A program made the position numbers and the translations under genes. A DNA stretch of 64,000 nt from Oikopleura dioica (taxonomy: Eukaryota > Animalia > Chordata). Positions 12,970-35,528 of this stretch are shown here, piece by piece; the first letter of the stretch is position 1, and every line of letters begins with the position of its first letter. The stretch lies in contig OU015569.1 in the NCBI GenBank assembly GCA_907165135.1, forward strand, positions 9,672,001 through 9,736,000. Direction: 5' to 3'. The notes below the pieces were generated by a model, which saw only the letters and a program-made list of their open reading frames with translations, was not told where the DNA came from and made no database searches.

Positions 12970-13227
12970 ATGCTCCCGGAAATCGAGCCCATCCCTCACT
13001 TCGACACGAAGAGTTTCGTGGGAGGCATTGGAGCTGCAATCGCTCTGATGCTTATTTGCATCTTGCTCTGGAAACGAATCACGTAAGGTCCGTTATCATA
13101 CAATTTTTAACATTTTTATAGGAGCCGAAAAGGAAAGAAAACTGACCAGCCTGGTCATTATCCTCAGGATGAACTCGGAGTTCTCTACAATGTCGCTTCT
13201 GAAGAAGATTCTTCAGTAACAATTTGA
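12970..13227 (+). CDS. CD164/porimin-like single-pass membrane protein (3' exons; 5' end unresolved)
   Basis: FDTKSFVGGIGAAIALMLICILLWKR resembles the FDxxSFxGG juxtamembrane motif of CD164/TMEM123; the spliced tail ends ...VLYNVASEEDSSVTI*. Confidence 0.4.
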
Positions 13228-13639
13228 GAAGAAAAATCATGAAAGACTTATGAACATCGACATCTATATCTGCAACTAAATTTTGAAAAATATTTGGCCA
13301 AACTAATTTACACCTGCGTAATTCCTCCTTATTTTTTTTCATAAACATCAATACCCGAAAATCTTTCAAGAAGTTTGCGGAGTCGCCTTTGAAATATGAT
13401 GTTGGTTTTATTTGAAATCACAGAAATTGTAAATTGCATCTTGAATTGAGCGGAAAATCAGTTTGTTTTAATTCGTTTGAACTGGACATGTTTAAGGATC
13501 GGGGGATGGGGTAGGTTGTCGTTTGCTGATTGAAGGTCTTCATTATTGAGCGATTTGAATCGGTCTGTAGATTGTTCTCACTGTGGCGCCAGAAATTTTA
13601 TGAAGTTGTTTGAGTTACGGAAGATAAGAAGATTGAAGA

Positions 13640-19221
<5,582 letters not shown>

Positions 19222-20230
19222 CTTTTATTTTTCATTTCTTAACATTTTCAAATTGAAGACTTTTGATGATTTTCTTATCGATTTGTAAAAAATAGTCGAA
19301 AGAGCTTCACATGATCAAGTTTGTGCTTAAAACAAACGTTTATATTTTTTAAATTTGCCGCGAATTGTGGATACTGAGCACTCGACGAAAATGGTCGTGA
19401 GTTTGAATCCTTTAACTCTGGATTGAACACACAACCTTTCTATGCGAGTGCGTACCAAAATAGAATTTGTTTAAATGAGATAACAGAAACATTTTTTGAA
19501 ATGCAAGGACATTTTTTGGTTTGGTCTTCAAGTTGATGAAGTTCAACAGGACATCATTTTATAAATCGTGAGTTATACAATAGTGTAGGGAAACGACAAA
19601 TTATTGTATAAAACACACTAGCTATATAAAACAACATATGAAGAAATCACAAAAGTTAAAAGTATCTGGCGCTCGACGGAAAATGAAGTGAATGAATAAG
19701 ACATGAGTGCCGCATTGCTCTTATAAACGATAGGGATAGCAGGATCAAATTGCACAGTAGACTAGAAAGAAGAAACGCGCCCGTCTCCTTTAATTTCTTG
19801 ATAGGTTCTCTTAACGTAACTAAATTTAGACAAATTAGGAAAAATGTACTAAATTCGGAAGCATTCAATGAGACCAATAACTGAAAATAAAGAACTGAAA
19901 ACGCAGAAAGAAGCTCGCCTCGCTCAACATCTACTGAAATTACGGTAACACTACAGTAGATGTTCTAAAGGAGAAATAAGGACGTGAACATAGGAATTCC
20001 AGCATTATGGAGAGGTTTTAGAGATAGCGTTTCAAGTCAATTTTACTTTGATTTCAGATGCTAGATAGGTGTGTTGATAATTGAGTATATAATGATGATA
20101 TTACTGTTTATACTGGTAGTGAGCTACTAAAAGCAAAGAATAATTGACTCGAAAACGTTATTTTATGAAAGATTACTGGTGAACACACGAAGTAATTATC
20201 GAGTAGCTTTGGAGGTCCAGTCGGGTCGAT

Positions 20231-21220
<990 letters not shown>

Positions 21221-21379
21221 TTAAGAAAAATAGGTCTTTATGAATAAAAAACTACAGAAGTTGGGGAGTTGGCATTTTTGAAAGAAGGCGATGTTATACG
21301 CGTGGTGTACGAAGGTTGGAAATGTGTCTTTCAAACGGTTTATCAAAGTTCACTTGTCATATATTATATAATAAATTGA

Positions 21380-23049
21380 TTATGAAATAGACTGTTTCCT
21401 TTGTAAGTCTTCGTAAACCGTCGGGGTGCTTTGCGGTTTGGCAAGTTGAATCGCCGCGCGAGGACCAAGTTTAAGTTCCTCCAGCGAGACAATCTCATCT
21501 TTGATTTCAGTCCATCCAGTGCCATCGCTAAGGGTGAGAATTCGAAACTCGTTCGTTTCTATTTTGTCGGCAATGTATTCACGAAGAGCGCGGACAGTTT
21601 CCGAAGGGCGCATCCGAATCATTAGGAACTTGTCGTCGAGAGTGCGGACGCGAATCGTTATGCCCTTACTCGTAGAAATACGCGTGCCCGAACGAGCCAA
21701 GTCTAACTTGTCGCTCATCTCGTTTGAAATATCTGTTTCGATAAGTCGAGGATCGTTCGTTCTAATCTCATTATTTAAATACTATCAAGACAGCTCTTTT
21801 TACCTGATCACCGGCTCCTGCAGACTTTTGCCAAGACCAGGGAACTTCTTCGAGTATGAAATAGAATGAAAATCTTTAACGTTGAAAATCAGTCCATCAG
21901 GGAATCGAGTTTGCAACTCAGTTGGAAAGAACCCGTCTTGAAGATCACGCAAGAATTGACGCGAATGCGCCAACGATCGGAAAGGACCTTCACCAAGCAG
22001 AATTCCATTCGAGTATAAAGCAAGATCAAGATCTTCTCCTTTTTCTGGAGCCTTGAGGTTCCGCCAGCGCCATCTTGCACGATGCGAGACGTGTCTTTTC
22101 CGCAAAGTTCGTTCAACTCCTCGATGTTGCTAACGATCTTCGGCCAATTTACTTCTTCTTCGTCGTCTGATTCGGTATCGCGAAAATGTAACGAGGAGAT
22201 GAATAAATAATCAAATGCTTTATGAGGCGATTACCGGCCTGAAGAGTCATTGCTCGAGGAGAGCTCATCGTTTCCCACCCAGATGTAGCCATAGTCAGCC
22301 AAAAACTGTTCCATTTCCATTATCTGTGAGCGCAGACGTTTGTTCTCTACCATGTACAGAGGCTCGTTGAATGTAGCATGCGCGTTTCTCGAAACATACT
22401 GTAGCTCTAGCTCTGCTCGCTGAGCTCGTCGTTGAGCTGTTTTCAGTTCTTTTTCTAGCTCAGCCACGCGCTTCATCGCCCCTGCCAGCAAGGTCTCGGA
22501 TTTGGTGTGATCCGCTGTGCACGAAAACATGTTTCCTGAAAAGGCGCACAATAAGATGTGCGCAGGTATATTCGATCACAGAGGAACTGTGATCGAGGCT
22601 CGATCACAGAATTGAAATTCAGTCTTATTTGGATCACAAATTTTTTGTGATCCAGAATTCCTTTCGCCCGACCCATGAATTTATCACTGAATTTCATTAG
22701 GAAAACTATTCATCCCATGGCCGGATGATAAGAATTTCCGATAACGCGGCTTCGACCTTTGAGATGATTCAACAATCCCTCGTTATGAAAGCCTGAATTC
22801 CCATCCCTAATTTTTGGATCACACGAATTCTGTGATTGAGAGCTGTGATCGGCCACAGCAAATTTGGCGGTGTGCTAGACTGAATCACAGCCTTTTCTGG
22901 GATCCGCGAATGCTGCGCACATCATTTTGTGCGCCATTTCAGGGGACTCATTTTTGCGCACAGCGGGTCACACCAAATCCGAGACCTTGCCTGCCAGTAG
23001 CTCCAAATTGTCTGGAGCTCGTTTTTCTTTCGACAAATGAGGAAACTCC
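21380..23049 (-). CDS. UBXN11: UBX domain protein 11 (coiled coil, SEP, UBX); 5' end unresolved
   Basis: RSQIMEMEQFLADYGYIWVG motif, SEP domain (LYSNGILLGEGPFR...LQDGFFPTELQTRFPDG) and C-terminal UBX-like domain. Confidence 0.85.
22489..22989. mobile_element. hAT-like MITE, 501 bp, about 77-bp imperfect TIRs, 8-bp TSD CCTGCCAG
   Basis: Terminal 22 bp CAAGGTCTCGGATTTGGTGTGA are a perfect inverted repeat; CCTGCCAG lies at 22481-22488 and 22990-22997. Confidence 0.92.
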
Positions 23050-23718
23050 TAAAAGAAATTCGCGGGGGTTCTGAAAATACATCATGCCTTCAAATCGGTT
23101 TCTATTTCGGCATCGAGCCGCTCAATTGTATCTGCGAGCAATCCCAGGTCATCGCGCTCGAGTTGGTTCTCCCGCTCTAGCCGCGTAAGAGGGATGATTT
23201 GCTCCCGGCAAACGGTCGGATCAAAACCGTAATTACGCTTATACAGGTTCAAACAAGTTCAGATCATGTGAGTCACGCGATTCTCTTAAGTTGAGCCCGT
23301 TCATAAGGCCCATTAGAACTCGTCCCTTTGTCCTCCATTCGATTTTCCTCTTAAAAATGTGGTTTTATTTATTGAAATCGATTTTTTACAAAAATAATAT
23401 CATATTGTAGGAAAATAAAATAATAAGGAAGATCAGTAGAAAAATAGAGTATGCGAAATGCGTGGAAGAGTTGGTGTACAGGCGCGATGAAAAAAGAAGT
23501 GAAGTTACCAGGTGAAGCCGAGGCGCTGCTTACCAACAGAGGCGACGCCGGGCTCCAAGTTCTTCCGAATTTCAAGCGTCTCGGGATTCCTACAAAAAAA
23601 CCTTTGTTTTCGCGCGCTTTCAAGTTTTAATCAGTTCCCAATGGCTCTTTTAAAATTTAAAGGGGTTTCGAAAAATCGATCTCGCTTGTCATGTCAGGTT
23701 TTATAATGAGCGGATAAT

Positions 23719-25850
23719 CTATACATATGGCATGGGCGGACTTGCTTGTACTTGACGAATAGGAATCTTATTCTTTCGTGTTTGATTTTCGCTATCTGCA
23801 GTGTGGTGAGCCGATTAAGAAGGAAGATTTACCTGTATGTTGGCAGCTGCCTAGCATCGGCCGTCGCAGCCAAATAAGACGGTCTTAACAGCCAGCGTAA
23901 GCATTTAAAAGTAAGAATATAACAGTATAAATAAGTAAGTATTAATCACCTCATGCCGGTGATGGGATCGATCGGACCACGCCCGCCGCCTGGACCTCGT
24001 GCACGGACCACTTTCAGAGGAAATGTGTTTCGCTCCGCCTTTTCTGCCGCCATAATCACCTAACAATATGCACAAATTGACGACAACTATTAATTTACCT
24101 TATCGGCGTACTCCTGGAATTCAGCTTCTTCCTTTTTGTACTTTTGCGCGTCAACCTTCTCAAAATCGGTTTCTTTTTTCGCAAAAGCTTCTCGAGCGGC
24201 CTTGTCTGCTTCGTATTTGGCGAAGTTATTCGTAGCGAGCTTCGTCGTCGCTTTTCGGCGATTGGCGAACTTTTCTTTCTCCTGTTTTTGGAATTCACTG
24301 TCCAAGGCTTGCAAGCGCACGCGCTCCTCAGCTGATTCTTTGGATTCTATTTCTTTCGCGATCCTGTCAACCTCTAGCTGCAACTGGCGATGCTTGCTAA
24401 TAGAATTGATTCTCGCTCTTCGCTGGCTCGCTTCGTCCATTTCGCGTTTAGCCGCCTTCGCTTCTTTTTCAAGACGCGCAGCCTCTATCCTTTCGTCGAG
24501 ATCGTCTTCTGCTTCTCTGTATTCGGCAGCTAATTTCTCGGCCATACGGTTACGCGCTTGTTGCGATTCTTTTCGCAGCTCTAAAAGTCGTTGGGCTCGC
24601 ATCTTCGCGATTTTGTCTTTCGTCGAAGCGTAGATATTTCTTTTTTGCTCTTCCCGAACAGCTTCATCCTCGTCTTCTTTAGCAAGCCGCGCCTTCGTTT
24701 CCAAATGGGAGTTGAGCCCCTCTTCGAATTCTTTTTTCCGGAGCGCGAGTTGCTCCTGTTCAAGCCGCAGCTTTTCCTTGTGGGCTTCTGCTTGCTCCGC
24801 GAGTTCTTTTCCTTCTTCGATCCAAAGTTGTTCCTCGGATTCATTAACTTGTTTTTTCGCTGCCACTTGCTCCATCAGCCCCCTAAAATAAATTATTTAT
24901 AAAGTGCGATTCCTTTTTATGTTCTCTTATTCAAGCTTGTTGATTTTTACCTTTTAAAGATTTGATTATTCTGCAATCTTTCAAGGTTGCGCTGAGCTTC
25001 GAGCTGAGCCGCCTCCTCAAGATCCCGCTCGGCTTTCAAGTGCCAATTTCGATCGCGCGAAGCCATTATCTCTAATTTAACGTTTTATAAGCAGCGGCAT
25101 TTTTCAAGGCTCAAACCGTCGTATCGCTTCTTGTGCTCGATCTGCACTTCGCGTTCTTTGAGGACCTCTGTGAACGTCAATGCGGCGTGAAAGTCCTTGA
25201 CTCGATCCGTTGCGTTAAACATCTTCTTTTTCGCTAAAAAGAAAGCATCATTTCCGTAGCTTTAAGCGCTTCCATTACCATCTTCGATGACTCGCCTTCG
25301 CTCTGCAGCCCTGTACTCTTCTTCTTCCAGGTCTTTTAGTTGCTTGATTCGCTCTTCCTCCTCTTCCCGCGCCTTTTTTGCCGCCAGTTTTGCTTTACGC
25401 TGGCCGGCAATAGTATTATCCCATTTCGAGGAGATTTCTTTGCTAAAATTCCGCCATTTAAATTCTAACTTAGAACAATCAATTCTCTCTACATCGATAT
25501 ATACAGAAAAGAAGGCCAGCTCCGGTGGAAATCCGAAAGTACAACAGCCACGAAATCAATTCTTGTTCAATACCTTTTTCGTTGTTTTTTCTACAAAAAA
25601 TCGATTCTCACCTTTGCTGGAAAGCGGCCCTCTTCGCTTCAGCCTGAGCAGCGCGTTGTTGTTGCTCGCGCTCGCGACGCGTCAAACTCGATTCCATCCT
25701 TTATTTTTCGGTAAGAATGCACTCAGAACTTTCGCCAGTGAATAATAGATACCTGTTAAATTCATTTTGAGTGAGGACTAGAACGCGCTCCTTTTGCGCC
25801 CCGGCTCGCCGCCCATGGCCGACGACGCTCAAGTCTTGGACCATTGCCAT
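23719..25850 (-). CDS. CFAP210: Cilia/flagella-associated protein 210 (CCDC173, TPH coiled coil); termini approximate
   Basis: SKEISSKWDNTIAGQRKAKL...TDRVKDFHAALTFTEVLKEREVQIE and C-terminal GPGGGRGP...RPSY...QLPTY match recalled CFAP210 motifs. Confidence 0.75.
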
Positions 25851-26695
25851 TCTGATTTTGATGAAGCCAATTAGTTATTATTAATAACACTGCTATTTTA
25901 TTTTTGTGAACTTTGTGACGAATTCAGAAAGAGGTAAAGATAGAAAAGATAATTGTTGTTTCGATTCGTTCATGCCTCCAAACAAAGACTATTTTTCTTT
26001 TCTTATAAATGACTCAAGCTCGCATCAGAGCATATAAATGAAATAAAAAAAAAACGTAACTTGGCTGGATTACTGTCGAGCGTGTGCACTATCACAAATT
26101 GTAGAATCTCTTCGATCACTTCTTGTGATAGGAACTCTCTTTTGATAGGATCGATTTGAAGTGCGCAGATAATTGAAAATGGGAAAGATACTTTGAGAAA
26201 TTCATGAAAAAAGCGTCAAAAGAAAAAAACAACAGAAGATTAGAATTGTCTTTTAGCGAATCAAACTTATAAAAAACTATTCCAAGAGGACTTCTTTAAA
26301 CTTATTTCAGGCGGAAAAGCGGTAATCTTGTGGTTGTAACTTAAAAGTTACAATTTGTAACATATAGATAGGTATTCTTTGAAAAGTAGGCCTGTAATGT
26401 TACTTAAGCAGAATTGTGTCATGCAGAATTGTCTTAAACTCAAACTCGTTTATATGCGAAATTGTAGATACACTTGCATAAGGAAACATCGAAGTTGAAT
26501 AATGGGTGATGTACTTTTCACTTGTAAAGATTGAGGATTATGAGACGAGAAGCCGAATTAAGATATCTTTATTTTTTCTTCCGATTTAAAGAATTCATAA
26601 AGTGAGTCGTTCAAAGGCATGAAAGTGAAGTGAAGTTGAAGAAATGCAAAATTTCGCTGCCCGAGTTTTATTTTGTCGTCGATTGAAATCTTGGT

Positions 26696-29309
26696 TCACG
26701 TTTTCATTCTCGCTTGTCGGATCTTCTCAAGCCTCTTCTCCAAATGTTCATTTGTCAGTTCTAGCTCCTCTGCTTTGTCTTGCCACGTCCGCAGCTAGGA
26801 ATTATGCTTCTCTGGTCTGGAATTCTAGTGTTTTACCTCCCGTTGAAGTCTACGTTTCTCGGCCTTAAGGTCGTCTTCCGAAGATTCGTAGTGATCGGCA
26901 GCAGCTTTGTACCGGCTTACTTGCCCTTCTAGTCTCACTGTGTATTGCTACGAAACGAAGAGTTAGCAAAGTTATCAGAAAGCGAGTCGTTACTTTTTGC
27001 GCTTCTATTTCTTGCTCGGCTTTATTCGCTCTTGCCTTCGCCTCCTGGTAAAGTCGCTCTTTGACTTGGATTTCTTCTTCAGAAGCTGAGCTCGAGCTCT
27101 TCGAGTTCTGGGCCAGCAGCTGCTGTTTCAACTGTTCATTCTCGTTTCGCAGCAGCTCAAGCTCCGTAGAATCGTCGTTTTCCGGAACATAACCGCCGTC
27201 CTAAATTGTTTTTACGAATTGATTTGTCTTTTTTAACATATTCAAGAGAATCCACACATGAATGAACCATTCACAACCAAAAAACTTCAAGAAAAAGACC
27301 AAGAAAACACACTCTTGTTAAAATGAAAAGCAACAAAAGCATTTTATCAATCTTTTGCAAAAAAACACCTTCTTTGCAACAAGGGAAATCTGAGACTGCG
27401 CTAGATTTTGAAAGTAGTCGCGCTGGACTTCTAGCGCTTTGATTTTGTTGTCTCGCCAGATCAGCGTCTCGCGCAATTCGCGCAACTGCTCCTGACTCTC
27501 CGACTTACTCGACTTGTCCTAACGATTGGTTCCACTGCTGTTGTTGTTTTTTTAAGAGTGTACCTGGATGATCTGGTCTTTCTGTCTGATGATTTCGCGT
27601 AACTGGTCCAGTTTGAGATTTTGAGCTTCGGTTTGTGTCTGAAATCATTAAATTCAACAACTTCGAATGGATAAGTGCACCTTTAGTCGCTGTGCTAGTT
27701 GGCATTTTTCATTGAGTTCTTTGAGCGTGGTGGCGAGGGTGTCCTCCCTTTCTTCCAAAAGGTTCTTTAGGTGTTCGTTCTCGTAGTGCCAGGCGGTCTT
27801 CTCGTTGTCGAGCTGTGCGTTCTGCACCATCGCCTTTTGTATTTCTCCTCGATGGCTGACGACGACTCCTTAGGAAGTGATTAGCGATATTCGTGTGAGC
27901 GGATAAGCCAAGACGTCACACTGGGTCATTCTCTTCTCACACTCGCCTCTAGTTTAAATCCAAAACTCGTAGTCAACAAATTCAAAACTCACACAAGGAT
28001 CTTACTTTGAGCTCTTTCAGCTCATTGAAATAGGTATTTTCCAAGCGCCGGACGCGGTCCTCGGCGGAGATCTACTCATTTAAGCGGAGCAGTAGCTAAA
28101 AATAATTTACCTCTACTCTGGGGCGGCCATTCGAGCCGTTCGAAGTCGAGTAGTCGTTTGTATCGGCGAACCTCTTCGGGAGTGAGCCATTTCCTTCCTG
28201 AACATAGTTGATAAATCAACTTAAAAACGAAAATAATCCCATGTACAAGAACTAGAAGAAAACAACTCTCTTTGTGAACAGCACGCTTACTAAAGGAACA
28301 TGCAGCTGTACCTGGTAAGAGTTGAGAAGGTAGTCGCCGGATTGGCTCTCTAAATCGTCCATCTGGCATAAAAGGTAAATTTAAAATCAGTCTGCGCGAG
28401 ATAAAATTCGCAGCGATAAAGCATCACTGTTTCAAGAAAAAGAAAAGGTCGCTAAATTCACAAATTGACTCTTAATCATTCTGTGAATTGCCTTGAAAAA
28501 GAGAGTGACTCAGGTCCAAATCCGCCGATTTGAATTAGAGCGAACTGAAATGGAAGGTACCTCTTCGGATAGAATCTCGAGGAGCTCATCAAAATTACTC
28601 TTGTCGCACATGGACGAGTATAACTGGGTCTACTCTCATATTCGTGTTTTTAGAGCGCCGGAAAAAATCGATGGAGATAGTGTTGCGGAGGAGAGGCGGG
28701 GAGGCGGAAGATAAGAAAGAAAGAAAGAGACTTACGTCCGAGAAGAGAGAATTCCGCGAGTCACAGCGGTAGAGAGAGTCTACTTCGGAGCCATTTCGCG
28801 AGTTTAACCGAGACTGGCTTTTGTACAGCGAAAGAGAAGAGCCCGAACGGGATGATGAGGACTAATTTACTTCAGTTTAATTTTCTTATTTCTTTTTGCC
28901 AAATGTTAGTTTCAACCAAAGCACGCTCAAGAATGTTTTTGAAGAGAAAACATGAAGATGAGGAATAAGGATGAAAGAAAAAAAGGGAAGAAAAAGAAAG
29001 CAAAAACAAAAATACCAAGTTGGGCATCGAATAACGCATGGACCTATCATTCCAGCGCTTTCCCTAGACGAGTGTTCTAGTTCTTGAGTCTCTCAAGAAA
29101 AGGACAGCTTACCTCTCTTTGCTGCTTATCGAGTTCTTTGAGTCGGATTTCACGAGCTTCCTTTCTAGCCGCTCTCTTTGCCTCCAGCCGCGCTTCTGCC
29201 TGGAAATTAGTTAGAAAAAGAAGAAGAAGATAAGGAAAAGTACCTCTCTGGCGATGGAGGTGAGGGAATCGTCCTCGGCGTCCGGCCTCCTCGGTCTTCG
29301 CCCGCTCAT
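26696..29309 (-). CDS. LRRFIP2: LRR flightless-interacting protein
   Basis: [66 protein letters not shown]...[14 protein letters not shown]...[10 protein letters not shown]. Confidence 0.9.
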
Positions 29310-30624
29310 TTCAACACTTTCCCGATTCTTGTCGTTTTTTTTTTCTGAAAGCCTCGTTTTCAAAAAGATGAATAATTATGCTCACGCGTTAATAAAACAT
29401 AAACGGAGACGGTAATGTCTTTTCTGTCTGCAAATATCTAAGTTAGGTATTCTCAAAATTGAAAACTACGATTTTTGCTTCAGTAACTGCGAGAAATGGC
29501 AAATATTTAAAGATATTCATTTGGCTTCATCAAGTCTTCTACTCAATCTCTCTTTTTCCGAGAAATGGTTTCTTAGGGGTTTCTAGTAATGCTGCCGTTT
29601 CAAAAAGTGATTAGCAAGTGCAATTAAAAATTCAGAGGCGATCCGACCACGGCTGATCCAGCTCGCTACTGGCGCGCTCTCTGATTGGCGAACTCCCGTA
29701 AACGAGCTTTTATCGCTTTGAAAATTTTATTAATAAAGCCAACTTTGCTGCAATAAATTATCAACGTCACGCTCTTGGATTGACTGGCTTGATAACTGAG
29801 ATATCAAAAATTTAACATCTTACCTGATTTCTTCCAGAAGTCCAATAAAGTTCAAGTGCTCTTAATAAAAAAATTCGATTAAATCAAACTATCTGGTATG
29901 AGTCAGTGAAAGCGTATAAAGTAGTCTTTGACAAGTTTTGACTTTTGCTAATCTCGAAAATCGCGAAAAGTAGTGCAAGCGCGCCCGACTGACACAGCTC
30001 TTTTTAGCTTGTTCAGGTCACTTTTAGTCCCACTTCAGTAACTCTATCAAGTGGTCTGGTTCGCCTCGCCGATTTCCAAACGAATTAAGCTTTTGACGTT
30101 CGATGCTCAAGAATATTCTCAATTGACCAACGGTCCTTTTACTTCTGGACATTTGTTAGAATTCTTCCGTCTGTAATATCCGTGATTGAAACTTATAATA
30201 TTTCGATTTATAATATTTTCTAGATTTATTTTTGTGGTTATTTCTTATCAGTCGAACTTGACTGCTGCTTTTTGACAGAGGGAGGTGCAGGTGAAAGTCA
30301 AAAGAAATATAAGAAGTGGAGCTTTTGTACAGGACGATAGGAATACTTGATCGCTTGCTGTGGCGCTGCTATGACGTCTTATCGGGATTCAAAAATGTCA
30401 GGCCGAAATCATTTTCGTCGAATTCTTAGAGATTCTTTAGAGATGTAGTTAGGGAGCAGGCTTTCAGCAGAGGCCCAATCAGAAGAATCTCCCGCGCGTG
30501 GTATAAAAACAGAAAGCGCGCGCCGACAAGCGTTATTCGATTTTTTCCTGAAAGAAAGATTCTTCCTGAATTCTGAATAAGAAAATATATATTTTTTGAC
30601 TTTTATTTAGCAGCATAGCATATT

Positions 30625-32834
<2,210 letters not shown>

Positions 32835-33148
32835 AGTGACAATTTATTTCACTTATCCGATAAGAGCATCGCCACTGCCACTTACACTTTATACGAGCAA
32901 TAAAGAATACACTAATTGATATCAGAAAAATCCACTACAGAGCTAAAACAATCTTAGTGCTGTACGCTTTTCGTGTCTAACTTATTGCATTTACCTTCTA
33001 AATTTTACGGCATTTAAAAAAAGCAAGAGAGCTGAGATTAGCATGCATCATCAAAGACATAAGTTGTCCTCATTTCGAGAACAATTTTGTTTGTTTCACC
33101 AGTTGCGAGCAAAAGATATGCTATGAGGTGAGATTTTAAGATATTTGT

Positions 33149-33164
33149 GGCCCTTAAAAGGGCC
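33149..33164 (-). promoter_or_regulatory. Histone mRNA 3' stem-loop (H3)
   Basis: GGCCCTTTTAAGGGCC on the mRNA strand, about 25 nt after the stop. Confidence 0.9.
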
Positions 33165-33188
33165 GGTTTTGATTCACTAAGTCGGAAC

Positions 33189-33608
<420 letters not shown>

Positions 33609-33686
33609 TCAGTGTTTTTGAGACTGTGAGCAAAATGGCGATTTGCGGCTGCTTATATAGGCAAGGTAGCCAGGGGGACTCGGTGC

Positions 33687-33697
33687 GGGAGACAACC
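33687..33697. promoter_or_regulatory. GGGAGACAACC upstream motif (H3)
   Basis: Identical 11-mer at a similar position and orientation upstream of the TATA-like box of H3, the solo H2B and H4. Confidence 0.6.
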
Positions 33698-34855
33698 TGC
33701 GGGAATTCTAGAGATATTTTGTTTTGGTTCTGCCTGGTTCTCCCAAAGAGTCAACAACAAGCAACGTGTTCTGGAGAATACTCACGGAAAACTTTTATAA
33801 CGTCGCTCGATTCATATCTTCGACCAAATTATCAAGATTTTCTTCGTTGATTTCTATAATTATAAAAATACAAATCAGTTTCTACAAACTAAGTTAGCTC
33901 ACAAGCAACTTTATACATACTTATACTTAATACATAATAATACTTTTGGACATTGGCAGAAAGAATTCGAACTGCTAATGACCACAAGGTCGTCAAATAG
34001 TTCCACAGAAAGACCGACAGAAAGACGATTGTAACTTAAGATCAGCGAAAGTAGGAGTGCAATGACTTACTATTCGATGCCTTTACACTTCCTATCTTTC
34101 CACGGATAAGAAGTTTGCAAAATGAGTTGCTCTTTTGTTGAGATGTGGTTGGGGCTCGGCACATCGCATGTGAGCTCTCGCGGCCAATGAGGTGTCGGCG
34201 AGACAGGAAGGGCGAGCTCTCTCGCGGTCGAGTTCTCGACACTCTAAGTGAAGTTGGAGAAAGTCGAGTCCTTCCGTTTTATCGAAAGACTCATCTTGGT
34301 CCAACTTACTCACACTGCCGAAATACGTTTATCAGAAAAACTTATTCCGATATCTGGGTAAATCTCTAACTCTCCGTCTCGAATGAAGGCGAAGAGAAGA
34401 CAAAGAACTGGGCTCGCTAGATAAACTTGTTCACTATTCCTAACTTGCCGAGTACTTTATCTGCTCGACAGCCGAGAAATTATGTTTATCGCGATTTTCG
34501 CGCGGAGCGAAATGAGAGTCTGACATCGAAATTCTGACGGAATGGTGCTGCATGTGCTGTAGTAGGGCGCCGCCCAGGTACAGCGCCCTCGAGTACAGCC
34601 CCAGTCTGGTTCTTTCGCGAGGCCGAATTCGCGAACCTTTCTTTCCGGTAGCATCTGGCGATATCAAGAAAGACTAACGAATTTCTTTATCGAAAACCGT
34701 CACCGTTTCCTTTTTCGGTCGCTAAGAATATCGAATCAATAGATAGTGTGCAATTGAGGAAAGTTGAGGAAATCGTGACGAGCGATTCCACCTCGCCTCA
34801 GCAGGTAGCCATAGATTTCAGTCTACTTTCGTAGATCAAGGTTTTTTAAATTTGT

Positions 34856-34871
34856 GGCCCTTAAAAGGGCC
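34856..34871 (-). promoter_or_regulatory. Histone 3' stem-loop (H2B copy 1)
   Basis: GGCCCTTTTAAGGGCC downstream of the stop. Confidence 0.9.
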
Positions 34872-34896
34872 TGTTTTTAAGCGTCAAGTAAAATAA

Positions 34897-35235
34897 TTAC
34901 TTAGACGCGGTGTACTTGGTGACAGCCTTAGTACCTTCGGAGAGGGCGTGCTTGGCAAGCTCTCCGGGGAAGAGGAGTCGACAAGCAGTCTGGATCTCCC
35001 GGGAGGAGATCGTCGACTTTTTGTTGATCTTGGCGAGGCGGGAAGCTTCACAACCGACACGGTCAAAGATGTCGCACACAAACGAATTCATGATTGACAT
35101 GGCTTTGGAGGAGATTCCCTGGTCGGGGTGGACCTGCTTCAGCACCTTGTAGATGTAGGTCTGGAAGGACTCCTTTCGGGCCTTTCGGTACTTGCGGGCG
35201 GCGGTGGCGGCGGGCTTGGCGGGAGTTTTGGCCAT
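34897..35235 (-). CDS. H2B: Histone H2B variant, Cys-containing (copy 1)
   Basis: [67 protein letters not shown]...[30 protein letters not shown]. Confidence 0.96.
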   Translation of the reverse strand: MAKTPAKPAATAARKYRKARKESFQTYIYKVLKQVHPDQGISSKAMSIMNSFVCDIFDRVGCEASRLAKINKKSTISSREIQTACRLLFPGELAKHALSEGTKAVTKYTASK

Positions 35236-35528
35236 TTTGGTGTTTTCGACTTTTTTCAATTGTCGGACTGTGGAAATCTCGCTCAAACGCGGCCTTATAT
35301 ACACATTGCTGGGAAGGATCCGCCTACGCTGCTCTAGAAAGTTTCTGGAGAGAATTTGTTTTTCTCTCTGCGCTTTCCAGAGAATCCGCGCGTTGGTCGT
35401 TGTTGTTTTTCTCTTTTTTGCGAAAAAAGTTTCTAGAGCGGACTGTTGTTCTTCCCAGCCGTGCCTATATAAAGGGCCCGGGAAGGTGGGGCTGCTCATT
35501 CTCACTTTTTACTCTGAAAGTGCAAGAC

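Noticed and set aside
34040-34800. GC-richer segment between H3 and H2B with short ORFs on both strands
   Set aside because: May be an unknown gene, but no reading frame, motif or repeat structure could be supported.
34897-35505. 202-aa and 267-aa N-terminally extended H2B/H2A ORFs in the track
   Set aside because: The extensions run through the bidirectional promoter and TATA boxes; the real starts are 35235 and 35529.
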